Assembly: GCA_050613775.1 (NCBI GenBank)
Contig: JBODTK010000109.1
Location: 1-64,000 of the forward strand
DNA length: 64,000 nucleotides
Source: Neocallimastix sp. 'constans'
Taxonomy: Eukaryota
Direction: 5' to 3'
Below the pieces are notes generated by a model. That model worked only from the letters and a program-made list of their open reading frames with translations. It did no database searches and was not told the DNA's origin. Below are positions 8,572-20,538 of the stretch, in pieces. How positions within the stretch are numbered: position 1 is the stretch's first letter; every line of letters starts with the position of its first letter. The position numbers were made by a program, and so were the translations under genes.

Positions 8572-11500
8572 TCAGACTTCGTCCCTTGAAGTCGGTAGTT
8601 CGCACAGCCTATATGGGATAACGTTCTTAAGATGCACATTCCTGTCCGCAATTTCATTAGTGACAGGATCACAAACCGTGATAGTGTTAAATTGTTTTTT
8701 CACAATTTTCATAGGGCCAATGAAATAAGGATCAAGCTTTCTTCTGTTAATATACTTTATAAGTACAAGATCCCCTGGTTTATAGTCGGACTTAAGCCTT
8801 CTTATTTGTTTCCTGCGATCTTCCCAAATTTTGTTGGCTGTTTGAATATTATTTATTGCTTCTTTTATCCAACGATGATGGCGAACAAATTTCCGAACCA
8901 TGAATTCTTCGTCAGTTTCGCAATCTTCCTTTTGATCAATGTTAATGGTCAATTCGAATGGTTGTAAATCTCTACGTCCATAGAGTAATTCAAAGCTAGA
9001 AAATTGAGTAGTTTCATTTTTACAAGTTCGCAAGGCCCATAAAGCGCTAGGAAGTATTTCATCCCAATTTTGAGTGTTCTTGTTGCATAGTAGCCTTAAA
9101 TACTTTCCTATTTGTTTGTTACGATTTTCAACCATGCCATTAGATTCCGGATGATACACCGTAACAAATTGTACCAACACACCATACAAGTCAAGAAAAG
9201 CTTTTGTTTTGTCTGAACAAAACTGAGGACCGTTATCGGTGACAATAACCTCTGGAATTCCGTGGCGTGCAAATACTTTCATTAGGAAACTAATGACGTC
9301 CTTAGATTCGATGGTAGAAAGTGGGTCGGCTTCAACCCATTTTGTCAGGTAGTCGACCAATACTATAATATATTGGTTCCCTTTGTTAGTCTGAGGCAGC
9401 GGGCCTATGATATCAAGTCCTACTTTTGTGAAAGGTCTACCCGGTTTGGTTGGAATATTTTCAACGTAAGCATTTTGTGGTTGTGGCTTGAATTTTTGAC
9501 ATCTATCACACGTATTGACAATATATTTAACGTCTAAGATCATGTTTATCCAAAAATAGTCTCTTTTTAGGCGATTGTAAGTCTTAAACACACCTTCGTG
9601 ACCAACTCTGTGTGCATCAAGTATTAGTTGTAGCTTTTGATTATCATTATTAATTACCTTCCTATAAGTACCATTATCTAAGTAATATTCTTCGTCATTT
9701 ATTGTAATAAATTTGCTCTTGATAGGGTTCAGTAAGTTTCCTTCATCAATAGAATTGATCTCCGACAAGACAGTTGAAACTATTGGATTGGAAGATTTTA
9801 ATCTCGAAAGCGCATCTGCAAGCACATTCTTCTTGCCAGGTTCATAGATTACTTCAACCTTAAGCATTGAGAGTAGCAATACCCATCTGGTCTGCCTAGA
9901 GTTATTAGTTTCCTTGTTCTTAAATAAGCTTACTAACGGTTTATGGTCTGTGAACAACAAGGTAGTATGTGGGTTTCCTCCGATATAGGATTTGAATTTC
10001 TTTACGCAGTACGCTGCTGCGGTTCCCTCAAGATCTGTCATTCCATAATTTTGTTCTGATGGCTTCAGAGATCTACTAATATAATGGATGGGTCGTTCCT
10101 TGCCAAATTCATCTTTTTGCAGTAACACTCCGCCAATGCCATCCAAAGATGCATCCGTACGGATTATAAATTGGTTCTTGAAGTCAGGCATCATTAATAT
10201 GGGAGCCGTAATCATCCTGTACTTTAACTCTTCGAAACTATCATTTTCAGCTTTTTCCCACTTGAATTCAACGTTCTTCTTTAACAACTTAAATAAAGGT
10301 TTCGCAATTGTAGCAAAGTTAAGAATAAATTTACGATAATAGCCAATAGCACCAAGAAAAGATTGAAGTTGGGATGTGGTAGCTGGGGGCAACCATTGGG
10401 CTATAACCTTTACTTTATCTGATAATGGTGAAATGCCATCAGTTGAAACAGTGTGACCCAACAGTTCAACTTTATCTTTGAAAAAATGGCATTTCTCTAA
10501 ATTCAATTTGATACCGTTTTCCTTTAAGATGGTAAATACTCTCTCTAAATCTCTTAAGTGGTCTTCAATAGTTTCGGAAAATATAATTAAGTCATCTATA
10601 TATACAAAAAGACATTGCCCGATTAAAGGGTAGAAGATTCGGTTCATTTCTCGTTGGAATGTTCCTGGGGCATTACATAACCCGAAAGGCATTACGAGAA
10701 ATTGGTAGTTCCCAAAAGCCGTGGTAAAGCTAGTTTTTGGAATATCTTTTGGGTTCATTGGTATTTGATGGAACCCAGAAAATAGATCAATAGTAGTAAA
10801 TACTTTAATTGTTCGTCCTATAAAGAAAAGAATGTCATCAATTAGAGGAATGGCATAAGCATCCTTTAGTGTAACGTTGTTCAACTTCCGGTAATCCACG
10901 CACATACGCCACTTACCATTCTTCTTAAGTACTAAAATGACTGGTGACGACCATGGTGAACTAGAGGGTTCAATTAATTTATTGTTAAGTAGTTTGGTAA
11001 TTTCAGCCTTTAATGCCTCAGCTTGAGCTTTAGATAAACGGTAGGCCTTTTGTTTAATTGGTAAAGTGTCTTTTTCTAATATTATTGAGTGTGGTAATAA
11101 CTTTGATCCGCCTAATTCTTCTATATTTATGGCCAATACTTCCTTGTAGTCATTAAAAAGGCGTCCTAATTGTCTTCGAATTCCTCTAGGAACCTGTTCT
11201 AGAATATTTCCAAGTAGAGCTTCTTTCTCTTCGCTGACCAGCATGACTAATGATGACTTGGCAGATTTTCCTTTTAGATTTCTCTTTTCACAAATGAAGC
11301 AATGAAGTATAGAATCCTTTGTTAAATCAATCTGATTATTTTTATCATGGATATCTTCCTCAAAGTCAGTTTGAACTTCTTCTTCACTAGGTTGATCTTC
11401 GTCTTCACTAGTTGGAACTTCTTCGTCTGCGGATAAAGGTGCTATTCTTGTCCAAGTTTCATCATCATTCATTTTACAAAGGTAGTTGTCATAAGGATTA

Positions 11501-12444
11501 ATAAATAACTTGTTTTCTTTAAGTGTTTTATAACCTACTAATACATCAAACAATCCTTGATTATCATCAATTACTCTGAATACGTCTGAAATTGTAAGAT
11601 TACCAAAGGTTACCGTTAAAAAGTACAATTCCGAAGACATTCTAGTCTTAGAAGTTACTTGGATGATATTATTTGTGGTAAATCCAAAAGGTCTTATTCC
11701 CTTTAAATTTTTTAGAAAACTACGAGTTACGATATTGATACTTGCACACGTGTCGAGAAATGCAAAGCCCTTTACGCCATTGATTAGGCACTCTGTAGTA
11801 GCTATATCATCTTTGGAAATTGTTGACAACATAATTTTTTCCATACCTTCTTCCTTAAATTCAATGTTTTTTAGTCTGAGAGCCTTATTCAACTGTGCCC
11901 TTAATTTCGGACAAATGTCCAATAATTGTCCAAAGGTGATATCAGCAACTTTGTGGTTGAGATCCTCTTTGATGTCGTAAGTTTTAATCCCTTGGGCCAA
12001 TTCTATGTGCTTAAGACCTCTTTTCTCAGTGTTAAAAGGTTTCGGTGTTTTGTTTAGTCTTTCGTCTAATAAAGTACTTGGTAATTTTGTAGTGCTAGTC
12101 TTAGATTTCTTATTGTTATCACTAAGTTCATGTGCTTGCTTCATTATTTCTTTCTGTTTTTGTTCTTTGGCTTTTATTTTACTATTTCTTATTGATGGCT
12201 GAGCTATAACTGAAACATCAATTTCATTTAATGCCTCAGTATTTGGTACAGGATTCTGAAACGACAGGGATGGTTCTGGGACTTGTTCGTGGTTTCTTGG
12301 TAATGGGATAGGGACTGGATTGTCTTTTAATGAAGTAATTTTTGTATATGGTTTATTTGGAGGTTTGTCGGATCTATTTCTTCTAACGGCGGTAGCAACT
12401 AGATCCTCGGTTTGTTTAGAGGAAGTTTTCCTTCTTCCTTCCAT
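8572..12444 (-). CDS. pol: E2 Pol (PR-RT-RNaseH-IN)
   Basis: FLDTCAS, WRMCVDYRKLN, YIDD, TDAS, integrase core, RNVHLKN terminus. Confidence 0.95.
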   Translation of the reverse strand: MEGRRKTSSKQTEDLVATAVRRNRSDKPPNKPYTKITSLKDNPVPIPLPRNHEQVPEPSLSFQNPVPNTEALNEIDVSVIAQPSIRNSKIKAKEQKQKEIMKQAHELSDNNKKSKTSTTKLPSTLLDERLNKTPKPFNTEKRGLKHIELAQGIKTYDIKEDLNHKVADITFGQLLDICPKLRAQLNKALRLKNIEFKEEGMEKIMLSTISKDDIATTECLINGVKGFAFLDTCASINIVTRSFLKNLKGIRPFGFTTNNIIQVTSKTRMSSELYFLTVTFGNLTISDVFRVIDDNQGLFDVLVGYKTLKENKLFINPYDNYLCKMNDDETWTRIAPLSADEEVPTSEDEDQPSEEEVQTDFEEDIHDKNNQIDLTKDSILHCFICEKRNLKGKSAKSSLVMLVSEEKEALLGNILEQVPRGIRRQLGRLFNDYKEVLAINIEELGGSKLLPHSIILEKDTLPIKQKAYRLSKAQAEALKAEITKLLNNKLIEPSSSPWSSPVILVLKKNGKWRMCVDYRKLNNVTLKDAYAIPLIDDILFFIGRTIKVFTTIDLFSGFHQIPMNPKDIPKTSFTTAFGNYQFLVMPFGLCNAPGTFQREMNRIFYPLIGQCLFVYIDDLIIFSETIEDHLRDLERVFTILKENGIKLNLEKCHFFKDKVELLGHTVSTDGISPLSDKVKVIAQWLPPATTSQLQSFLGAIGYYRKFILNFATIAKPLFKLLKKNVEFKWEKAENDSFEELKYRMITAPILMMPDFKNQFIIRTDASLDGIGGVLLQKDEFGKERPIHYISRSLKPSEQNYGMTDLEGTAAAYCVKKFKSYIGGNPHTTLLFTDHKPLVSLFKNKETNNSRQTRWVLLLSMLKVEVIYEPGKKNVLADALSRLKSSNPIVSTVLSEINSIDEGNLLNPIKSKFITINDEEYYLDNGTYRKVINNDNQKLQLILDAHRVGHEGVFKTYNRLKRDYFWINMILDVKYIVNTCDRCQKFKPQPQNAYVENIPTKPGRPFTKVGLDIIGPLPQTNKGNQYIIVLVDYLTKWVEADPLSTIESKDVISFLMKVFARHGIPEVIVTDNGPQFCSDKTKAFLDLYGVLVQFVTVYHPESNGMVENRNKQIGKYLRLLCNKNTQNWDEILPSALWALRTCKNETTQFSSFELLYGRRDLQPFELTINIDQKEDCETDEEFMVRKFVRHHRWIKEAINNIQTANKIWEDRRKQIRRLKSDYKPGDLVLIKYINRRKLDPYFIGPMKIVKKQFNTITVCDPVTNEIADRNVHLKNVIPYRLCELPTSRDEV

Positions 12445-13265
12445 TAGTTTAAAGATCTTCTATTTTCTTCTAACTTTCCGGATTCCTCCATCTCAGCAAG
12501 TTCCTTATAAGAGTAAGGGCATGACTTCATTACATGACCTAATTGATAGCATTCGTAGCATCTAATTTCTTTGTTTTTATTAACTTTCTTGCTTTCAGTT
12601 TTTCCTGTTCTGTTTGATTGAATGCTCTTAACATCGTTCCTTCTTGACGAGTAATTACTTCTAAATAAACTAAGTGGATGTTGGTGACTTCCTTTGTTAG
12701 CAGGATAAATTGTGGTGAAAACTTTATCACTAGAGAAATTTTTAGCGTTTGTCTCAGCTCTCTCGGCCAATTCAGCTTCCTCAAAGGCTTCTTCTAAGTC
12801 AACGCATTGGTTGGTAATCACTTGTGCCCTCGCATATGGTCTATACGAAATAGATTCAGCGTAATCATCTACGGTAATGAATTCTTGGTATAACCTTGGC
12901 AGATTGTTGTATAACTTCTTGTACCTCCAGTTGAAGTTCTTAATAGTCTCGTTCTTTTTTATCTTTAGTTTTTGCAATCTTTTGCATTTCAACTGTGGGG
13001 TCACTTCTAATGCATCTTCCAGAGCCTTTTTCATTTGTTTAACATTAGGATAAACTTCTTCACCATCTTCGTTAATAGTAACCAAGTCTTGAAGGACACC
13101 TCGTAGCTTCCCTTCTACACACTCCATAGCCCAAGTATATATTGAAGATGGAGTGTTAATATCTGCTAACTTCATAAGTCTAACGAATTCTTCCGACCAA
13201 GTGTCAACATCTTTGCCAGATTCATCTAGTCTAGGTAAAAGATCTTCTAATTCCAATATTTTCAT
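12444..13265 (-). CDS. gag: E2 Gag with CCHC knuckle
   Basis: CYECYQLGHVMKSC; stop overlaps pol ATG (TAATG) just after TTTAAAC. Confidence 0.9.
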   Translation of the reverse strand: MKILELEDLLPRLDESGKDVDTWSEEFVRLMKLADINTPSSIYTWAMECVEGKLRGVLQDLVTINEDGEEVYPNVKQMKKALEDALEVTPQLKCKRLQKLKIKKNETIKNFNWRYKKLYNNLPRLYQEFITVDDYAESISYRPYARAQVITNQCVDLEEAFEEAELAERAETNAKNFSSDKVFTTIYPANKGSHQHPLSLFRSNYSSRRNDVKSIQSNRTGKTESKKVNKNKEIRCYECYQLGHVMKSCPYSYKELAEMEESGKLEENRRSLN

Positions 13266-13422
13266 TATTAACTTTATGTTTATTACTAATTAAATAGTAT
13301 TATTATTATTACTTAATATATATTTTTCTGTTTATATTTTTTTTTTTTTGTTCTATTATTCATCCATCAATCTTTGAAATTTTTCTAATTTTATAATCTT
13401 TTCATATTATTACTATTTTGGG

Positions 13423-13439
13423 TCCTGCATAGCTCGCCA
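13423..13439 (-). promoter_or_regulatory. E2 primer binding site, tRNA-Arg-like (TGGCGAGCTATGCAGGA)
   Basis: TGG start 5 nt after the LTR; complement resembles tRNA-Arg(ACG) 3' end (..GCTCGCCA). Confidence 0.75.
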
Positions 13440-13444
13440 GATTT

Positions 13445-13976
13445 TGGGACAACACAGGTAATTATTAAAATTTATTATAGTAATAATATATTCGATTATA
13501 TTTATTTATCTTTATTAAATAATTTTTTATTTTTGAAAGAGAGTTTTTAATTATTTTATTGTCATAATTTCTTAAATATTTGATATTCTATCAATTTGAT
13601 TTGTTAGTATTAAAAATTTTAATTTAATTGGTTTCAAATTTATATATAAAATTATTATAAATCATTAATACAAATTATTATATAATTTTAATATAAATTA
13701 TTACAAGATTTTAATATAAAACTATTATAGAATATTAATATCAAAATATTATTAATATAAAACTATTATAAAATATTAATATAAAACTATTATAAAATAT
13801 TGATATAAAACTATTATAAAATATTAATATAAAACTATTATAAAATATTGATATAAAACTATTATAAAATATTAATATAAATTATTATAAAGTATTGTTA
13901 ACAAATATTATAATCTTTTTTGTATATAATTGAATATTTAATTATTATTCATTTTTTTTTTTATTGTCTCGTAACA
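13445..13976 (-). repeat. 5' LTR of E2, containing a 24-bp tandem repeat (aatataaaactattataaaatatt) at ~13710-13890
   Basis: TG...CA ends; right part matches 8404-8554; left boundary inferred from PBS position. Confidence 0.8.
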
Positions 13977-13981
13977 TGTAT

Positions 13982-14765
13982 TGTTATGGTTCGGGTTTTA
14001 TTAGAATTTTATTTAATTATTTATTTTTAATATTTTTCTGTCTACATTTTAACTATTGAAAAACTTCACTTATTTATACTTTTTGAAAAAAAATAAATAT
14101 GTAAAGCCTTTCTACATTTTATTATCATATTTAAAAAAAAAATATTTACTATTACTAATTACTTAAAATTTTATATTAATTTAAATTAACTAATTCATAA
14201 GTATTTTTATTTTAATAAATTTTGTTTACATAATTTTATATTATTTTTCATATACTAAAACTAAATTATTTAATATATACGAAAAGTAACAAACAAAATT
14301 TAAAAAGATTTTACAGAAAAATAAAGTTATTTTAATCAAGAATGTTAATATAATATTCTTATATTTTATATAAAATAAATTTAAAAACTATAATATATTT
14401 AATATTTATTATTAATCAATTAAGATTTGATTTTATTTGTGGGGAATAAAAAATATTAAATAATCAATTTAAAAATAAAATAAAATACTAAAAAGAATAC
14501 AAGTTTAATATTGATACAATATAATAATAATATAATAATATATTTGAAAACAAAAATAAAATATTAATATTGATAATAAACACTTTAATAAAATAATAAA
14601 ATTTAAGGTTAAATTATAGATATTGATATAAAAATATAGAATTATTGATAATATTTTAGAAACTTTTAATAAAAATAAAAAAAAATATATTTAGAAAATA
14701 TTTTAGTATAGAAAATATAGTAAAGTAATATTAAGTAAAGAATAATATAATGGATTCTAAAGTAA
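13982..14765 (-). repeat. Putative older LTR X, first part (continues at 28163-28312)
   Basis: Starts TGTTATGG on plus; minus-strand TATA context (tatttatacttttt) placed as in the E1 LTR; split by E3/E4 as shown by their TSDs. Confidence 0.5.
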
Positions 14766-15524
14766 TGTTGAAATTATAACTGAATTGAAATCTCAATTTC
14801 AGTTATTTACATTTCAATAATTAAAAATATTATTTATTTAATTATAAATAATATATATAAATAATATATATATTTAAATAATTAATAATTAATATAAATT
14901 CTTGTTTAATATTTAAAGGGTTATCTTAGGCCTAATAATCCTGAGAATATTAATAAATAAGGTTTATATTAATAATTAATTTCAATGATACATTTGACGT
15001 CACGTGTATTTTATTTATATTATGTTTTTATATATGTTTACAACATATCTATATTAAATTCAATTATTCAAATTAATTATATAATTAAATTTATCCTTAT
15101 ATTTTATTATTATTTATATTACTATATTATTACTATCTTATAATTAAATATTATTATTATGTAACTTACAAAGTATAAAAGAAAGATGTAAAAATCTATC
15201 TTTTATGTTCTTTGTAAGGTTATTGTAAAATTACCTTAATAGTAATATATTATAGATATTTTATTATTAAATAAAATCAATAAATTTAAAATCAAATTAA
15301 TTTGATAATTCTAATTATCAAAGTTTATTATAAATAAATTTTTATTAAACTAAACATTTAAATATTTATTATTATTATTATATATCTATATAGTATATTA
15401 CTATATAGACATATCGACTTAGTGAATATTTTTATTAAAACATATTATTTTATTTAAATTTAAATTATAAATTATATCAAAATCTTAACAATAACCTTAC
15501 CCTAGTTTTAGTTGCTACCTTGAT

Positions 15525-16598
15525 ATGTCTTACTATACGAACGTCTGGGCTAGTTCAATACCTGACATTGCCCCAATGTCAGAAGTTAATAAGTTAAGGT
15601 CTGACGCCCAAGTTACCGTATCAGAATTAGCTTCTTCTGTTAATGATAGCTTTTTATTAAAAGAAGATTGTAATAAATATAATCAAGACTTACAGAAAAA
15701 ACTCTATACACTTAATAGAGATAATAAAAATATTATTAATCAACTTTCTAATTTAACTAAAATATTCAATGAAAAATTAGATATAAAAATTAGTACCAAT
15801 GATGATCCCTCTTCTAGCCAATCCGTACCACAAAATCAAGATGATAACGCCTCTATTTCTACCAGACGTGATGCAGACAATGATGTCATCATGAAAAATA
15901 GTTATTCTAATAATTTGCAACAAGTACCTGAACCTGGATTCTTCTCAGGTAACACTAATGACACTGATTTATTCTGTCAATTATGTGAAGATACTTTCTC
16001 AACTTATCCCAACTTAGGTTTACCAGAAGAAGTAAAAATAAACTTTGTTAAATCTCGTTTGAGAGACGGTGCAAGAAATTGATATATTGCTACCTATAAC
16101 GAGAACAATCATCCAGGAACACTAAAGAAATTATTAAGTGATATAAAGAAAACTTTTACGAATGTTGCAAGTAAAAAATTGGCTAAAATCCAGTTAGTAA
16201 AATTAAAACATTCGTATGGGAAAATAAATGATTATATAGAAAAGTTTAGAACGTTAACTACTGGTCTGTCTTGGGACCAAGAAGCTTTAGTCTTATTTTT
16301 CTATAATGGACTTCACCCAAAGTTCCAAGAAGAAATAGATAAAATGGAAGAATTCCCTACAAAGCTTGGTGATATTTATACTAAGTGCATCTTATTTGAA
16401 AATAATATTAAAAGTAAGGACCAATTAAGAAATAATATTGGTAATAAAAATTTGAGAAAGAAACATTCAAGCCCATATGTAAACAATAGCAAGAATTATA
16501 ATAATAATAATTATTATTATACTAAAAATAAATCTAGCAATAAATATTTTAATAATAATAACAATAATAATAATCAAAATAATAACCAAAAAAACTAA
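15525..16598 (+). pseudogene. gag: E3 Gag interrupted by in-frame TGA at 16080-16082
   Basis: Two in-frame ORFs align with E4 gag; the stop replaces the Trp of the ARSWY motif. Confidence 0.85.
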
Positions 16599-19500
16599 TT
16601 GATGGACTTCAAAAGGAGTCCAGAACATTAAAAAATTTAAAAACAATTTATTATAATTTTCCTACACTTGATTCAATTAATGAATCAAATCTCCCATCTA
16701 CTTTCCTTTAATTTAAATCCTATATTCCTATTAAATTTTTAAATAATTTTACAATTAAAAATGAAAAAATTCAAAAATTAACATCTGAATCTATGTTAGA
16801 TTCAGGATCTTTTTGCAATTTTATCACAGAAAAATTAGCAAATAAATTAAAACTAAATATTCAAAAAACAAAAAATAAAATCCTAGTTAAAGGTATTTCA
16901 GGCAGAACTACCAAATTAGATCAATTTGTTTGGTTAAATTTTCAAATTAAAATTTTTAAAAATAATAAATTTTATTTTCAAGATTTTAAAGAAAAATTTT
17001 TAATCTCAAATTGTATTCCTACTGATTTACTTTTTGGAAATCAGTTTATTAGGAAATTCAAAATACATTACAATTATAAAAATAATACCTTATATTCTTA
17101 TTTAAATTATAATTCTTTAAATGATCATAAAAATAAATCCATAAAATATAAGGGAAATAATTTTTATTTAAACTCGTTGAAAAGAAAAATTTTTAAAAAT
17201 AAATTTTTTAAAAGAAAAATAAAAAATAAATTTTATTATAAAAATTTTTCAAAAAATCGATCAAAAAATAATTCAAAAAATATCTCCAAAAAATTTAATT
17301 TAAAAATTTTAAAAAATTTTTCAAAAAATCCAAAGTTTAATAAATATAAAAATTCTATTAATAAAAATTCTAAAATTTATGTATATGTAGAATATTTAAA
17401 TAAATCTAAAAGTAAATTTTCTTCCAAAAAATTTAACAAAAATCATCTAGATTTATATAATAATAAAAAAGAATTTAGTTATAATTTTTTAATATATTGT
17501 TTTCTTTCAACGAAAGATAAAGTTGAAATTGAAAATGAGGAACCAAAAATAGAAGAAATTCCTCATCAATATCAAGATTTAGCAATCGTATTTAGCAAAA
17601 AAGAGGCAGATAAATTACCTCCTCACCGTTTAACCGACTGTAAGATTGTTTTAGAAAAAGACGCTACACTCCATTACGGCCCAATTTATCCATTAACTGA
17701 AGAAGAATCACAAGTTCTTAAGGACTATATAAAAGAAAATTTAGAAAAAGGATTTATTAGACCATCAGAATCTCCTGCTGGATATCCTGTCCTTTTTCAA
17801 AAGAAAAAAGATGGTTCCCTTCGGTTATGTGTAGACTATAAAAAATTAAATGCAGTAACTATAAGAAATTCATATCCTCTCCCTCTAATAACAGATATAA
17901 TAGAAAAAGTAAAGGGAGCAAAATATTTTACGAAATTGGATTTACGTTCTGCTTATAATTTAATAAGAATTAAAGAAGGTGATGAATATAAAACTGCGTT
18001 TAGAACTAAATATGGTCATTATGAATATTTAGTTATGCCGTTTGGATTAAAGAATGCGCCTGCCACTTTCCAATCATTTATTAACTCTATTCTTAGACCA
18101 TACTTGGAAAAATGTGTAATCTTATACTTAGATGATATTTTAATTTATTCCAAAGATTTAGAGGAACATCATAATCAAGTCAGAAACGTCCTTCAAACTT
18201 TAATTAATAATAATTTATATGCAAAATTAGAAAAATGTGAATTTGACCAGAACAAAGTTGAATTTTTAGGTTACATTTTATCTGGTGATGGTGTATCTAC
18301 TGATCCAAAGAAAATTAAATCAATAGAAGAGTGGCCAAGGCCAGAAAATTTAAAAGATGTTCAAAGATTTATTGGCCTATGTAATTACTATAGAAGATTT
18401 GTTAAAGATTTTGCAAAAATTGCAAAACCCTTACATAATTTAACAAGGAAAAATATTAAATTTATATGGACAAATGAATGTGAAAATGCTTTTAAGGAAT
18501 TAAAGAAAAGATTAATTACTTCTCCAATTCTACTTCATCCTGATATTACAAAACCTTTTATAGTAGAATGTGATGCAAGTAATTATGCTATTGGTGCTGT
18601 TCTATCTCAAAGGGATAAAGATAATAATTTACATCCAGTAGCATATTATTCTAGAAGTTTACTAAACGCCGAAATAAATTATACAATAACTGATAAAGAA
18701 CTACTCGCTATAAGGGATGCTTTTATTGCTTGGAGACATCTACTCCTTGGTGCTAAATACCAGATTACTGTTTATACAGATCATAGGAACTTAATATACA
18801 CATTAGGAGGAAAGGTTGCATATCAAAGACAACATAGATGGTACCTTTTCTTCCAAGAATATAATTTTATAATAAAGTATAGGCAGGGAAACAAAAACGG
18901 AAAACCTGACAGTCTATCTAGGAGACCTGATTATATTAAAAACAACATTGAAGAAAAACCTGAAAATATTTTAGACATTAAAAATGTTAAAGAAATTCCA
19001 TGTTTTGTTAGTATTGTTAGTGATCTTTTAGAAAGAATTATTGATGCTACCAAGTCTGACGCTACAGCTGAGGATATTCGACTTTACTTTAGTCCTCAAA
19101 ATGTAAAAAATGATATGTCCTATAAGCCCTTCAGAAAAATGGAAAAGTTTAAAATAAAAGACAATTTAATATTTTATAATAATCTAGTCTATATTCCTGA
19201 AGTTCTCCGACTAGAAATATTAACTAAGTATCATGAAAAGCCTGCTGCCGGTCATTTAGGAATTAAAAGAACTTTAGAGTTAATAACAAGAAACTTTTGG
19301 TGGCCTAAAATAAAAGAAGATGTAACCAAATATGTAAACTCTTGTCAGTCCTGTGCAAGAAACAAAATAAATAGGCACAGAAAATATGGTCTTCTACAAC
19401 CTTTGGATACTCCCGAAAGACCTTGGAAATCTATTGAAATCGACTTTCTATGTGGTCTTCCCGATTCTAAAGGATATACAGTAATAATGGTAGTTGTAGA

Positions 19501-20488
19501 TCGTTTTTCTAAAATGATCCACTTAATTCCCTTTAAACAAATACCTGATGCAAAACAAACTGCTAAGGCTTTTATGAATAACATCTTTAAACTACATGGT
19601 TTACCTCAAGATATTTATACAGACAGAGGATCACAATTTACAAGTGCTCTTTGGAATGAATTTATGCACTTATTAAAAATTAAAAATAATATAGCTACCA
19701 CAGATCATCATGAAACCGTCGGACAAGTTGAAAGATGTAACTCTTTTATTGAACAATATCTTAGGGCTTATTCAAGAGCTTATTATCATGATGACTGGAT
19801 AGATTGGATCTTCCTTGCAGAATTTGCATATAATAATTCGGTTAATGAATCTACTAAGGAAACACCTTTCTTTATAAATTATGGGTTCCATCCTTCCATG
19901 GACGAATTCTTTTTATTACCTCAAATGGATACTAATTTTAAATATATAAAAAATATAAATACTAGTTTTAATCACATTAAAGACGTCTTACTACGTTCCA
20001 AAGAATTATATAAAAGGCATGCTGATAAGAAAAGATTAGAACCTCCTGTTTTTAAAGAAGGTGACTTAGTATGGGTTCAAACTCCTCCTTCTCTTAATAT
20101 CGAAGATTATTCTAAATTATCACCTTGTAAGTACGGACCTTATAAAGTACTTGAAGCTTTAGATAATAATAATTATAAAATAGATTTAAAAAGATCTCCT
20201 TTCCCTAAACACCATCCAATATTCCATATATCTGCGCTCGAGCCTTTCATTCCTACTCCTCCAGAATATAGAAAAAGAAGATCTCATAATGAATCTATTA
20301 AAGATATTATAGAAATAGCAGGATTTAGGACCAATTATAAGAAAAAATGTTATGAATATCGTGTAAGGTATAAATATAAAAATTCATATGATTGGGTTCC
20401 TTCAGAAGAAGTTGAAAATAACCCAAGAAATCAAGAGATTTATTTATTATATTTAAAGAATGGAAGGAAGCTTACTTCGATAGCTTAT

Positions 20489-20494
<6 letters not shown>
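16589..20494 (+). CDS. pol: E3 Pol (PR-RT-RNaseH-IN-chromodomain-like); in-frame TAA at 16709-16711 upstream of protease; long ORF 16793-20494
   Basis: LDSGS, LRLCVDY, YLDD, CDAS, integrase, C-terminal YEYRVRYK..DWVPSEEV chromodomain-like segment. Confidence 0.9.

Positions 20495-20538
<44 letters not shown>

Larger units (their letters stand above)
8404..13976 (-). mobile_element. Ty3/Gypsy LTR retrotransposon E2; ORFs intact, 3' LTR interrupted
   Basis: 5' LTR 13445-13976, partial 3' LTR 8404-8554, PBS, gag and pol. Confidence 0.95.

Noticed and set aside
10088..12565. Short ORFs antisense to or overlapping pol, gag, pfl and the esterase (here and elsewhere)
   Set aside because: Shadow frames of real coding regions with no motifs
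16080..16082. Alternative genetic code (TGA=Trp)
   Set aside because: TGG encodes Trp throughout intact ORFs and TGA ends E1 and E2 pol; isolated TGG-to-TGA changes are ordinary mutations
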